DNA from: Callorhinchus milii
Taxonomy: Eukaryota
DNA: 64,000 nt
Direction: 5' to 3'
NCBI RefSeq assembly: GCF_018977255.1
Contig: NW_024704743.1
Span: forward strand, 4,342,001 to 4,406,000
The position numbers and the translations under genes are program-made. The stretch's first letter is position 1. Each line of letters opens with the position of its first letter. The notes under the pieces were generated by a model that was not told the DNA's origin, made no database searches, and saw only the letters and a list, made by a program, of their open reading frames with translations. Below are positions 1-12,885 of the stretch, piece by piece.

Positions 1-93
1 TGAGAGGGTCAATGTAGTCAGCTACATTGTGACCTTCCCATATTTCTGGAATCCTATCTTGCTTCTCGAATTCATTCATCAAATCCCAATATT
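1..93 (-). CDS. GTPBP4: GTPBP4 exon 13, partial ([31 protein letters not shown]...)
   Basis: [16 protein letters not shown] motif of the NOG1 C-terminal region; CAG acceptor; runs off the window edge. Confidence 0.94.
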
Positions 94-240
94 CTGAGAG
101 AATGAAGAAACAATGGGTTAATGAAAATCACAACAAGCATATAAAAGGTAGCACGTGTTAAATCAAATCTTTTTTTTAAAAAAAACCTCAGAATAGAAAA
201 TTCTTTCATCTCCCAATACTGACATCACACTTTACATGAC

Positions 241-400
241 CGACTGTTTGTGGGGACGCCGCTGTGCGCAATTGGCTGCCGCGTTTCTCCTACAAATATA
301 CGGTCAATTCACTTGACAGTCTATTCTGTGAAGCGCTTTGAGACGTCGAGAAGACGTGAAAAGCGCTATATCGAATGCAAGGATTATTATTTATTATTAT
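241..400 (+). mobile_element. SINE 3' fragment (Deu-like domain + L2-type tail, (TTA)n end)
   Basis: GCTGTGCGCAATTGGCTGCCGCG...AAGCGCTTTGAGACGTC...TGCAAGGATTATT, repeated many times in the window. Confidence 0.85.
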
Positions 401-639
401 TTTACAATGTAAGAAACCCAAAGGAAAATAATGTCCCTAAATTTAAGAAACCCATTAATGAAAATAACATATCATTTGCTTCTGAATTTTATCACAGCAA
501 CTCGCATTTAATCTCGAGCCCTTCACCCGGGGTAACGCCTTGGAGAGCCAACACATTGGCGGTCAACATTCACAATACTAGTTATCATTCTTGTTACAGA
601 ACTTAAGTGTTGAAATGACTCAAAGCAATTCATAGGTAA

Positions 640-1050
640 GTATTGGACGTGTTCACGGTGGAAAGGAGAAGACTGAGAGGCGACGTGATTGCTGTCTGTA
701 AGATTCTAACGTGGCAAGACAATATAGATCATGAGAGGCTGTTTCAACTTGTCCAGAATAGTAAAACCAGAGGACACGGCCTGCGATTGAAGTGGGGGGA
801 AATTCAGAACCAATCTACGCAAACACTATTTCAGTGAGCGAATAGAGAACCTGTGGAACAGGCTCCCTGGGGAGACAGACGGCTGGAGCAGGAGGTGTTG
901 ATTCTTTCAAACACAGATTCGATAGTTTTCTTTTAGGAAACAACATTACGGGGTATCGTACGTGGGTAGTGCACCTTCCGCCAGGAAGGTGGGAGGCGAA
1001 CTAGATGGGGAGCTTGGTCTTTTTTCGTCTCGCATTTCTTATGTTCTTAT
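640..1050 (+). mobile_element. CR1 LINE 3' end
   Basis: Peptide ERRRLRGDVIAVCKIL...KTRGHGLRL is typical of the CR1 ORF2 C-terminus; ends TTTCTTATGTTCTTAT. Confidence 0.9.
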
Positions 1051-1059
1051 TGAAATGTA

Positions 1060-1385
1060 AAATTCCATTTGCAGCGGCCAATTTGAGTACAGCAGTGTTA
1101 CAAAGTGGATGATCAGTTTCATGTTGACGATTGCTGGCCACCACACCAGGAAAACCTATCCTTTTTTGAACAGCTTCATAGGATCTTTAAAGTTCACCTG
1201 GACAGGCAGATGGAACCCAGTCTAATGCCTCGTCGGAAAGACAGCGCGTCGGACAACTCAACACTCCCCCAGCATTGCACTGGAGTGTTGCTTTAATCTA
1301 TAAACTCAACTTCCCAAGATAGGACTTGAACCCACAACTCTCTTGACTCAGAAGCAAGAGTGCTACGAACAGAGCCTCGCTGACA
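1060..1385 (-). mobile_element. Older tRNA-headed Deu-domain SINE (SacSINE1/AmnSINE-like)
   Basis: GGACTTGAACCCACAACT...GACTCAGA head and CACCTGGACAGGCAGATGG body; related copies at ~3190-3470, 44150-44460, 45700-46035, 46990-47240. Confidence 0.75.
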
Positions 1386-2662
1386 AATGTATTTTATTTA
1401 AAGAGTGGGCCAATAATGTATAACTATGTAAAACAAAAGAGAGAAACAAGTAAATAAGACATTTCAGCTCATTTGATATCATCCTTCCAACAATGCAATA
1501 TGGAGCTGCCGAGGGAGGATCGTTGTGGGAAACATTGTGGAGAAGCAACCGAACACCAGGGTCATTTGCTCCCATGAAGGTATCAGTACGTTGGGAGCTT
1601 TACGTCATTGTTTATTCCTTTTCAAAACAAGTGCCGAGCCAGGCAAACGAGTTACCAAGTCACATTTGGTAAAATCCCATTGGTAGTTTGTTTTTGAGAT
1701 GTGGAGCCACTGGACGCGTGTAACGCATTATAATGAATAGGTGGACATAGACAGTCTCCAAAATGCCCATTTGAGAAATAAGCTCAATGTATTATAACTC
1801 GGGTTAGTTGAAATCGATTTTTATTTTTCTCATTTGTGATAGATAAAATCAATGTTTATTTCAATCAATCTTGTTGTCACTCATGTCATGTCCTCCACAC
1901 GTGCACAAGGCACAGGAAATCGTGTCTGTGGCAACCCACCTAACTGGAAGGCAGTCATTTTTGTTGTTAAAAAATTAATCCAAAATTTAAATCAACGAAA
2001 ATTTAGGCATTCACTACAGAATGCAGATGCAACTCTTCACAGGATATCCTGCAAAGTGTATCGGAACAGCCTCCTGATGTGAAAATATCTTATATCAAAT
2101 ATAAGGATTGTTATATTCTGTTAATATTGGACTCCAGAACCATCAGAAAAAATGACAAGTAGCAAGTGTTTATCGATTTCCACCAAACCTAATAATAACA
2201 CAAATCTTAAAAGAGGACACAAATTACAACTCAGAGAAAGCAATAGGAACAAGAGCGAGCAAGAAATCTCCTTTACCCTCCCTTGCCCAATTTTTCAGAA
2301 TAACTACAATTGCTCTTCCTAACGGTCATGTTCTAAAAAAAATTCACTTTCCCTCATAATTAATTGAAAGATTTTGCCACTGTACATTAACTTCTTTAGA
2401 CAGCGTAACTACTTAATTGATCATTTACCTCCTGGCTGTTAAGTGGGATCTTGGCTGTCCCAAATGCCTACAGAAATAGGCACTATGCGTGAGAATATTC
2501 ATGAAGCACTCAGGAGACGTCTCGCTGTAACAAAAGTGCTATAAAATTGCAAGTTCTTTCTTACTTTTCAAATTGCTTTTGAGAACCTTAATGGCAATGC
2601 TTCAGTTTAAAAGCTGCTGCAACTGTTGGCTTCGCACAAAATAAAAAATATGCTCTACTTAC

Positions 2663-2714
2663 TCTGAAGGTCAAGGACATAATCATCGCCCAGCTCCAAT
2701 TCCAAATCTCGCTC
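2663..2714 (-). CDS. GTPBP4: GTPBP4 exon 12 (ERDLELELGDDYVLDLQ)
   Basis: 52 nt, phase-1 GTAAGT donor; follows a 93-nt intron. Confidence 0.94.
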
Positions 2715-2807
2715 CTGTCAAAGAAATGCACTCGTATAAAATGAATAATTCAACAGATTTAGTTCATCTTTTTTTGAAAAAAAAGAAACATTCAGAACTG
2801 CACTAAC

Positions 2808-2882
2808 CGTTTTGCGCTTTGGTGCATCAGTCTCCATTTTCCTGCGTGTTGATGCTCCTTCGGGGATGTAGGGCGTCCTCTC
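2808..2882 (-). CDS. GTPBP4: GTPBP4 exon 11 (ERTPYIPEGASTRRKMETDAPKRKT)
   Basis: Similar to human ERPPFIPEG...RKRMET; AG/GT bounded; 75 nt. Confidence 0.92.
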
Positions 2883-3920
2883 CTAAACCAGCAAAACCAA
2901 GACAAAACTTCAAAATGTTAACGCAAGATTAACCAGACGTTGCAGCATTGCGCAAGTCTGCAAAATGGCCGTATACAGACCGACTCCGTTACAATCAGCA
3001 AGCCCACTTGTGAACTGTGGATTAGGAACGTGTTTTCTGGCTTCCTGCACCGACCGACCCCAGCCACAGGAACATAGTTGGCAGGTGCAGGAGTCCAGTG
3101 GTGACACAGCAGCCACCACAAACACTCACGATGAGGGTTGCTTCCCTGAACACGTACGAAGCAATATCGTCGACAACCTAACAAGGTGAATTTTACCCAC
3201 GGTAGCCAGGATCTCCGGAGAAATTAATTAGCTCCCTCTTTTCGAATATTGCCTTCGGAACTTTCAACATTCCCCGAGAACCAAACGGGCGGATGGGGCC
3301 TCAGTTTAACGTCTCGTCCAAAGGACAAGACTTAAAAAAAAAAAAAGCAGCACTCGCGCAGCAGTGTGCTGAAGCCACGACTATGAGTTTCAAAGTCGCG
3401 ATGTGGGGCTTGAACCCACAACCGCCGGAATAGAAGCGAGAGTGTGACCCACCAGGTTGGCCTGACACACACTTGGATGAAGTATAAGAACACTGCATCG
3501 TACGCATGTGTGTGTGTGGGGCGGGGGGGTGGAGGGGATAGATAAAGATAGTCATTGCCATTTAATCAGATGGGGTGGAAGGCAAGAGAGGAATTGTCTG
3601 TCACATTTCTAGACTGCTTTTACATGACAATATGACACGTCTCAACACTGCTTTAGTCAGAGGACATCCATTTTCCTCGAGCTGAATTACAGGCAGAAAG
3701 GACGACTTAAAATACTTCAAAATCTCGTCATTGTGAAAAAAGGCAGTCAATCTGGATTCCAAGTTGCTCAGTCCAAGTTACTATCAGTACAAAACCATAA
3801 GCGTTTCCATCGTATAGGTTTTGTCACTTAACCGACCGAACCAAGCCAATTCGGACATTGTTTTTTCACTGTTTCAGGTGAAGACTTATCATAATGTCGA
3901 GAATGCAACGCTAAACTTAC

Positions 3921-4031
3921 CCTGTCATCTCTCTTTGATGGGATTGCGAGATGGAGTCTGTTCAGCACATCATGTACCTTCTTGCCTTTCATTTTTGAAT
4001 CGACGCGATGAATAAGCAATGTATCGCAGGC
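3921..4031 (-). CDS. GTPBP4: GTPBP4 exon 10 ([37 protein letters not shown])
   Basis: AG/GTAAGT bounded; 111 nt; homologous peptide. Confidence 0.95.
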
Positions 4032-4548
4032 CTAAGAAGAAGAGGTTTTTTTTTAAAAATATCGAAGTCATACACTTTTAGAAATGCTATCCTGTGGTCA
4101 AGGTTAGTCACATTTTGGGCAAACATTATGGCATCATAAATTGGGAGATGGTTTACTCAGGTTGTTTGAATATGACAAGTCTCATCATGCAAAGAATTGA
4201 AGATTAACTGTTGCAATTAAGTTCTTTTTTTTACCACTCTTCATTTGTATTTTTAAATTCTCTATCCTTCGTTAAAATGCAGTAATTTGGTCACTCCTCA
4301 ACCCACTTTAACAGCAAAGCAAAATTAGATAGCAAGTCTTTGGATCAAAGACGTTAAAAAAAGTAAATCCAATACATCAAATACTATTCTAAAATATTAT
4401 TATGTAATAGTAATTCTTATATTTGTTATAGCGCCTCATCATGTCATTGAGACGTCTCAAAGCATTTCACAGAATATACTGTAAAATGACTATTTAAACT
4501 TTGCGGCTGAAATTCAAGGTTGAATTAAACCTAGTTAGAAAACTATAC

Positions 4549-4638
4549 CTCGGTTTTCACTTTGATGACTCCTTCCTCTGTCAGAGTACTTGTTTCTTTT
4601 ATTGCGACTCCATCAGCTGTTAAGTCTGCAAAGATTTT
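4549..4638 (-). CDS. GTPBP4: GTPBP4 exon 9 ([30 protein letters not shown])
   Basis: [16 protein letters not shown] matches the recalled human peptide; AG/GT bounded; 90 nt. Confidence 0.95.
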
Positions 4639-5647
4639 CTGTAGGAACAACAGATTAGCTGCTATTATAGTTCAAAAATTGAAATAATTCAGATTGGGCA
4701 GTGAAATATGACACCAAAAAAGCCCTTCTAAATCTAAATTGCAAGAGAAGTCAATCATAAGTCAAATTCCAATGCAAGTGTTTCTTCCCACCCTTTATTT
4801 AATAAGACAAGGCTAATTCTTCCCACCTGTTAGGAAAAATCTAATACACTCTCTGTAGAACTGCTCTGCTGCCCAAAAATGAGGTCAGTGAATTTGCCAA
4901 TAATTACACACGTAGTAATGACTACTTTAAACAAGCAGTTTGGGAGATGAAGTAATAATAAAAATATTATTGCCCTGAATCTCATACACACTCAGGTACA
5001 TTCAGAACCATAAGCAAGAACTAACGTTGCTAATCCAAAATGAGCTCATTCGTATTAGGAGCACATTTTTTTTTTAAAAAAAAGCAGGAATTGACATTTA
5101 TAGTTGCTTGAAAACTGGAAGTTTTCAAGGAAGGGGCCAGAGAGGGCACGATCACCACATCAGATAAAGATGAGAAGATCCACCTATCAGTCAGCTCACA
5201 CGAGGACCAACAAAAGAGATGAGAAGAACAATTGTTTTTACAAAAGAGGGTTGGAATGTGAAATAACTTCCCACAAGTGGCTCGTGAAACAGAGCCCATA
5301 CTGATAAACAGTCGAGGAAAAATACTAAAAAGATATGATCCAAGAACAGGGGAATAGGATTAGAGTTGGCAGTTTAAGTGGAGGTAACCAGCATAAGCCC
5401 AGACAGAATGGGCCAAACTCTCCTGTTCTGTAAACCTTCCATTATCAATCTGTAATAATTGAGGAAATGTTTTTGTTATTCGAAAAAATAAGCATAAATT
5501 AAGGAAATGCACCTGCGTGATACCAACTGTTGGATAAGACCTTTAACGTTTTATCCAATTCTCTCCAGTAGTGTTTTAGCACCAAGTTAATAATAAGTAA
5601 ATGCTGAAACTTTCAACTTTGATCAGCCAATTTTGGAAAACACTGAC

Positions 5648-5713
5648 CTGATGCTCTTCAGAAAGTTCATCTATCTTCTTCACATCACATTTGTTTGCAA
5701 CAATAATCAGAGG
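5648..5713 (-). CDS. GTPBP4: GTPBP4 exon 8 (PLIIVANKCDVKKIDELSEEHQ; G4)
   Basis: NKCD motif; AG/GT bounded; 66 nt. Confidence 0.95.
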
Positions 5714-7469
5714 CTGCGACAAAAAAAAATTATAATTACATTCCAATTTCTTTCTTACAAAAAACTAAAAATTATATTTTACAAGTCCATCATTTATCCA
5801 AACATTGTTGAAAAGCAAAAAAGGGGGAAAAAAATATTACAAATGAACATTATAATCGAGATTCCACTGTATTGCACAGAATGTGTTCCATACAGAAGTG
5901 CAAAACCCACCTGTACTGTGTCTTGCTATAATAACATTGTGGCTTAATAATAATAATAATCCTTGCATTTGATATAGCGCCTTATCACGTCTTCGAGACG
6001 TCTCAAAGAAGAAAAATCAGATAACGTTTCACGTTCGCATAGTTGTTTTCACTTTCATACAAATCTTTCACGTAAATGGGTTTAAACCATGAGTGATTTG
6101 AATGAACAAAAGATAGCAGCTTTCATGAGGTGAAGTTTAAAACATGTAATAAACAAACGTGTGAACCAATATCAAAAGACCTAGATTCGATCTTTATGGA
6201 ATCGAGCAGTGGGTAATCTGCTGAGTTGAGAGACAGAAAGAAAGTTGAGGAACTGTTTTCCACGAATGGAAAATAATGGGGGCCCCAATTATGTGGAGTT
6301 TCTATTTTAGCATCAATACTAAGGTAATTTGACATTCCAAAGTTAGAATGAGTACCAACTGTCTGATTTGGCTCTTCAGGTCCATGCACTAATGATCAGC
6401 TACGATTCTCCAATAAGATAGCCTTCGTCTACTTGCACAATCGCCATATGCGCACCAGAAGTAATTGTTAAAAGAACTGGCAAGAATTTCCACCTTCTCT
6501 TAATTAGAGAACGGAATTCTCTTTACAAAAGAAGAATAAAGAAACTGAATATAAAGAATAAAGGAACTGCTTTGACACAAGGCTGTCAATTGCACAGATT
6601 AATGAGTGGCATAGCAAACGACACTGATTTCGGAAGAAGTGGAATCTATGTACTGAACCGCACTTGAATGTTTCTACCAAAGATTTAATTGTCCATCAGA
6701 TTTGCAAAGTTGTTTGTTGTAATGCCACTTAATATATTGATTTTTAGCTTTGTTTGTATTCAGTACAGATGTAGCAAATGAATTATGGATTAGGTTAACA
6801 TAATCACATTTATTTATTTACTTATAATTGTGGCATTCCATAGGAATTAGCAGCAGAGTGCTAAATCATGTCCTTACTAATGCTGGGTTTCGACTGGACT
6901 TGTGGTTTTAATGTTAGGGCAAGCATTTAGTTTGCCATCAGGAAAAGGCCAGCATTAAATCTCGCTTTGAACCAAATGTGGTGCCATCTGTGTGAAACCC
7001 ACTTCAACACTCGCCATTGAAAACAACTTTGACATTCTGGTGTTATCAAATGCAGGGATTATTAGCTTTCTATTGCTATTTATTGAAGGAGGCAATCGTC
7101 CTGTTAGCTCTTCCAAACTGAGCGGAAGACCAGATCTTCAATCAAAGACCAGCAGGTGACCGAGTGCATGCAGGTTGAGCTCTGCCTCCTATCAAAGGCA
7201 ATGAAACCAAAGCTTGCTGTTCCCATCACTGCAAGATTTCTGTCACCATTTAACCTCACCCTTCCAATCGTCCCCAAAGGCATCAATGCACGTGGTGTCC
7301 CAATCAATCACCTAAACACACATTTATCTTTATGTGTAAGGCCGGACTGAATGCTGGAAGGCTAACATACAAAATACTTAAAAGCTATTTCCCAATGGCA
7401 GTCGAGGTTGTTACAGCTTAACTGAAGGTTATCATCGCAAAATAAATCATTGCGAAATAAAGACCCCAC

Positions 7470-7661
7470 CTTGTTAGCAAAAAGTGGTCTGATGTTGTTG
7501 AAGAGTTCCAGCTGTTCCTCCACGGTGTGGCCACATTGCTCAGAGACATCCATCATATACAGAACAGCGGCACGGAGATGCGCCAATGCGGTGATAGCCT
7601 GCATCTCGATGGTATTCCGTTCTTCCAAAGGGTGATCCAAGATACCTGGAGTATCCACTAC
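7470..7661 (-). CDS. GTPBP4: GTPBP4 exon 7 ([29 protein letters not shown]...RPLFANK; G3)
   Basis: DTPG motif; within ORF 7362..7658; AG/GT bounded; 192 nt. Confidence 0.97.
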
Positions 7662-7759
7662 CTAAACCAGCACAAGAGGTAGTACTGCATTGTATGCTTT
7701 TTTTTTTATTTCCAGGGTAAAGTAATTACAACAAGGAGCATGTAGGTGATAGATCCCCT

Positions 7760-8660
7760 ACAAGAACTTAGAACAGAATAATAGAATCAAAGAATATTAC
7801 AGCACAGAAGGAGGCCATTCGGCCCATCGTGCCTGTGCTGGCTCTTTGGAAGAGCTATCTAAACAGTCCCACCAACCCCCACCTGCTCTTTGCCCTTATC
7901 CTTGCAATTTTTTCTTTTTTATTGAATCTGTTTCCACCATCCGTTCAGGCAGTGCATTCCAGACCGCAACAACTCTCTGTGTAAAAAAAATTTTTCTCAC
8001 CTCCCTTCTGGTTCTTTTGCCAATTATCTTAAATCTATGTGCCTTGGTTACTGACTCACCTGCCGGTGGAAACAATTTCTCCCTATCTACTCTATCATAC
8101 CCCTCATAATGTGGAACACCTCTATTAAATCTCCCCTTAACCGTCTCTGCTCTAGGGAGAACAATCCCAGCTTCTCCAGACTCTCCACATAACTACAGTC
8201 CCTCATCCCTGGAACCATTTTGATAAATCTACTCTGCACCCTATTTAAGGCCTTGATATCTTTCCCACAGCGTGGTGCCTAGAATTGGACACAATACTCC
8301 AGCTGAAGCCTAACCAGCGGAACTTCCTTGCTTTTGTACTCAATGTCTCTATTTATAAACCAAAGGACCCCATATGATTTTTTTTATTCAAACAACTCTA
8401 TCAACCTATACTGCCACCTTCAAAGACCTGCGTATGTGAAACCCCAGGTCTCTCCTCCTGTACCACCTTTAAAACTGTACTGCTTATTTGTATTGCCTCT
8501 CCTCATTCTTCCTCTCAAAATGCATCACTTCACACTTCTCTGCAATAAACTTCATCTGCCATGTGTCTGCCCATTTCACCAGTCTCTTGCAGTCTGCTAC
8601 CATCTGTTTACCACATTCCCAAGTTTTGTGTTTATCTGCAAACTTAAAATATCGCTCTCT
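7760..8660 (-). mobile_element. CR1 LINE fragment
   Basis: CAGCACAGAAGGAGGCCATTCGGCCCATCGTGCC 3'UTR signature followed by degenerate RT sequence. Confidence 0.85.
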
Positions 8661-8666
8661 ATTCCC

Positions 8667-9012
8667 AATAATTCTTGCATTTGATACAGCGCCTTATCGT
8701 GTCTTTGAGACGTCTCAAAGCACTTCACAGAATATACAATAAATTTTAATTGACTGCATATTTTGTAGGCCAAACACGGCAGCCAATTGCTCACAGCAGT
8801 GTCCCACATCAATCGTGGATTGAGTGACCAAATTATTATTTATTTATTGGTAGGGAATATTAACCCCGGAAAAGCGATCTGCTAATCGACTAACAACCAG
8901 GTTCCTACTTACTGCTAGGTAATCAGAGGCGTGTGGAGTAAACAAACTTGCCCAGTGTTTCGCGCTGCCGGGAAGCGAGGCAAGTACTCTAACCACTAAA
9001 CTACAGGACTCC
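8667..9012 (-). mobile_element. Near full-length tRNA-head SINE
   Basis: Tail through to the tRNA-like head (CTAACCACTAAACTACAGGACTCC). Confidence 0.85.
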
Positions 9013-9120
9013 TACCCCAATCCAAGTCATTCACATATATCATAAAAGGGCAATTTGTAAAGTTTAACACAAAATTTGTGATAAAAAAACAAGAATGTGT
9101 AAAAGAAAAGTAAAACTAAC

Positions 9121-9213
9121 CTGCCAGCGCAGGTATTTGTAATCCATATGTCCCACGAACAGCGACTTTGTAGTAAAGGCATAAGGCTGCACTTCAACAT
9201 CCGCTCGAGTTAT
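9121..9213 (-). CDS. GTPBP4: GTPBP4 exon 6 ([32 protein letters not shown]2)
   Basis: OBG-family YAFTT motif; AG/GT bounded; 93 nt. Confidence 0.97.
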
Positions 9214-10399
9214 CTGAAAATAAAAAATAATTTAATACATCTTTAATACACAGAAAAAAATTGTTTGTAGAAAAATGTGTTGTTGCAATTTAATAAAATG
9301 TTGCAATAACACGTTATCTTGAGGTACTTTTTAAAAATGTCTCAGGGTTTCAGTGATGCTGTCCCTTCTATCTCAAATCACGCTGTGGCAATTCCAGTGT
9401 TAATCATCAAACTTAGAAATACCCCTCATCTTTGCACATATTCTGAATATAACAGCAAAGATTTAGAGTCCAGACACATCCATTACCTTTACATCTTGCC
9501 CATGTGTTGTGATTACAATGGATTATCTCGCCAATATGAAGTTTTGAACCCTATACAAGTATTCTTATAATACACCTTAACTATAACTTGTAACAAAAAT
9601 CAAAGTACGATCAAAATAACATCAATCTCTATTAAAAGTGAAGTTCGGAAATCCAGAAAGCGTATTCCCTTCAATTACTTTGGCAGGAATATGACTCATT
9701 CTTCATAATAGGCTAAATTAGCAAAAATAGATACGGATGCAGTGAAAGTACAGAAAAGGTTGATTCTACAATTTTTGTCAAGAGAAATAATATTTTTGTC
9801 AGTTTCAGCAGTGACAAAAAGTCATTTTCAGTGTTCAATTTAGTACTTAAGCCTTCTGGAGAGGAATTGCCAATTCTGGCTGGGCAAATATTTTAGGTGC
9901 CTATTTCAATTTTAGTCATTTAGGCTATCGAAGTCAGAAAAATCACATGAATTAAAAAAAAAACTAAACTCTGACTTCAAATGGAAAACCTTTAAAAGGA
10001 GTGAATTCTGCTTCAGATTTGTCAAGAGAAGCAGTAAATCATTACTCAAATTCAATCGAGCTGAAGAACACGCATGTCGGAGAAATTCACTTCAACATTA
10101 TATGCTGTGATAGCTTTGCTCATATATGAACACAAGAATTGGCAGACAAAAAAAATCAAGGGCCATCCAGTTCGCCTTCCACCACCGCTGGCAATCGAAT
10201 GCACGTGTCATGTCCCAAACTATATACTGTACACCGTGATATTATTTCCTGAAAAAATCTATCTAATTTGATTTGGAAAGAATCAACATTTTCTGCTTCC
10301 ATCATATACATTGTACAAGCACTCAAAAGTCTGTGTGCTGTCCTTATGAGTACGTTTCCACTGTAAATGCAATTTGTTCAATCAAAAGAGTTGGATGAG

Positions 10400-10952
10400 G
10401 CGTTGCTTGCTTGTCGGCCTCCCCAACTCCCCCCTCCACAGGCTGCAGATCATCCAGAACTCTGCAGCCCGGGTCCGCTCTCGCACCAGGCCCTGTGACC
10501 CCTATCAACCCCATCCTCACCCGACTCCACTGGCTTCCCATCACACAGAGGATACGGTTCAAGATCCCACCATTGGCGGGCCGGCCTTCTGCCACTCTGC
10601 CCCCACCCTCTGGAACTCCACCCCGCAGTCCCTCTGCCTCGTCCCCTCCCGTGCCTCCTTCAAGACCCATCTCAAGATCCTTCTCTTTGACCATGCCTTT
10701 GATCACCCTCCTTTCCCCCCTGCCCTCCATCCTCTCCAATCCCGACCCCCAACTCGGGTCCAAAACATTGACTGTCCTATACAAATGCGCTATACAAATG
10801 GAAGTTTTGTGTATGTGCGTCACCTCATAACCACAACAACAAAATTACAAGTACTATGAATGATTGTTGCGAGTTAATTGCTTTATTCCCACCGCCTTGG
10901 GACGCCCTTCCGACGTGAAAGGCGCTACACAGATATGTTGTTGGTCGTTGTT
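10400..10952 (+). mobile_element. L2 LINE 3' fragments
   Basis: Peptides RLQIIQNSAAR, LHWLPITQRIRFKI and FKTHLK typical of L2 ORF2; (GTT)n tail. Confidence 0.88.
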
Positions 10953-11011
10953 ACTTTTAAAACTAAAAAGGGCAACTTGGGCAAAAAAAAATTAGAAAAC
11001 GGTTCACATAC

Positions 11012-11112
11012 CTTGTTGATGAAGCTGGATTTTCCAACATTAGGATACCCACAGAGTAAGAGAGTTCTTGTGTTGGGGTCAATAGATGGCAGACGAGAAA
11101 GATGTTGCCGTA
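11012..11112 (-). CDS. GTPBP4: GTPBP4 exon 5 ([35 protein letters not shown]1/P-loop)
   Basis: GYPNVGKS P-loop; AG/GT bounded; 101 nt. Confidence 0.97.
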
Positions 11113-11949
11113 CTGAAAGAAAAATAAGTGAGCTTCAATATTGAGGGTTCAACCGACCATTCACTTGTGCAGAACATGACAACTGATCTTTCCCTCACTC
11201 AGTGTTTTATCAGTACACTTTTTAGCCCCTGGATGGGGGACAGTTGTTCCGTGATCAAGAGCAACAACATTCCCCAATTCCCCACCCACCCACTTCCTGG
11301 CCCTGGACCTCAAAGGTAACTATCGTATCCCAACCGAGATCTTGTAACAACAGTGTAATCAAACCTGCAACCTTCTTTCTTACTGATGCACTGGATAATA
11401 CCTTTACTCACTAAGCCATTGGAGGAGCCTTTAAATTCCATTTCTTTTTACTCGCTCCACCTTTTGGTGAGTCACAGGCCATCACATATTTAAATTAACC
11501 CGATCTCAGCTCCTAATGTCACAAGGAAATATGTAAAAGCCACCTATAGTTCATTCATACCCCTCTCCCTGCTGTGTAATAATAATAATCCTTGCACTAT
11601 GTCATCAAAACATCACAAGCACTTTACGGGATTTATTGTAAAGTGTAACGACTCCATTTTCTGGACAAACATGGCAGCCAATTTGTGCACTGCATCGCCC
11701 ACAAATATTTATGAAATTAATGACCAATTTTATCAGGGGGATTATTAGCCAGGAGAAACATCCGGAGAAACTCCCGTCACTTTTCAGAAAGTGCCATTGA
11801 ATCTTTAATATGCACTTAAATAGGAAGTCTGCACCCAAAACCTTACTCAGAAGTGACAGTGATAGTCATATCAACGTTATAGAAACGTTTTCTGAAAAAA
11901 ATAACATTTGCGCTTTCGTAAAGAGGTTTTATCAAACTTTGATACTTGC

Positions 11950-12086
11950 CTTGTTCTAAATACTCCAAACTCTGCTTCTGACGCTTGAGAATGGTACACA
12001 TACGCCCCAGCGCTGCACGTTTCAACTGTTTGCAACGGTACAGAGAATCGCCATACTTCATCAGACGGGTATAATCCTTACCAACG
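11950..12086 (-). CDS. GTPBP4: GTPBP4 exon 4 ([45 protein letters not shown]), GC donor
   Basis: 137 nt. The AG|GCAAGT donor keeps the frame into exon 5; the nearest GT does not. Confidence 0.94.
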
Positions 12087-12781
12087 CTACAGTTAAAAAT
12101 GAAGAGAGTCTGCTTAGATATCATTCAATTTGTGAGCCACAGGATGGTGTTGAAATTATGTCAGTCATTGATAGGAATAATATTTAAAGTACAATAAACT
12201 CAGCATACATTTCTTAGATACGTTTACAGCACAAGAGGAAGCCAGTCAGTCCACTGGGCCAATGGTGCAGCTAGTTCTTCACAGAAGCTACCTGCTCCAA
12301 TCATATTCCTCTGTTCTGGCCCCAAAGACCAATTTTACTTACAAATTTATCCAATTGCCCTCAAGATGCTGTTGTGGACTTGGCTTCAACAGCTCTCTGT
12401 GGTGCGGCACTCCACATTCTAACAGCTTCCATTGGTACAACCTCATTTTACTCATTCCTAAATACAATGAATGTGTACAGCAGGAAACCCACAACGGCTT
12501 CCATTGTTTTCACGGAAATATACAATTTGTCAAGCCATAAATTCGTAATGTCTAAATCTACCAATTTTTACGATTCCCTCCCTGAGTTTTCTTCACCTTC
12601 TCCACAGCCAGCAATAACACACTGAACTCGGTTCGAAGTTTTCAGGTTCTCCTGGTAAGAACACTCCATCGCCAGTGATATAATTCGACAAACAGAACTT
12701 GTCGTTTCTTGTATTCTCATTGTGAATTTTAAAAGACAAAGAAAAAAATGCTTTCATTGTGTGAAGAGAAGTGAATCTTAC

Positions 12782-12885
12782 TTGTCAATGAGGTTCTTGG
12801 CAATGTTGATCTGCCCTAACGCCAGCTTGTAGTGATCTTTGTCATACAGCACATTCATTAAATCAGCATAAAAAGGGTGGATATC
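12782..12885 (-). CDS. GTPBP4: GTPBP4 exon 3 ([34 protein letters not shown])
   Basis: 104 nt, AAG acceptor, GTAAG donor; frame continuous with neighbouring exons. Confidence 0.95.
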
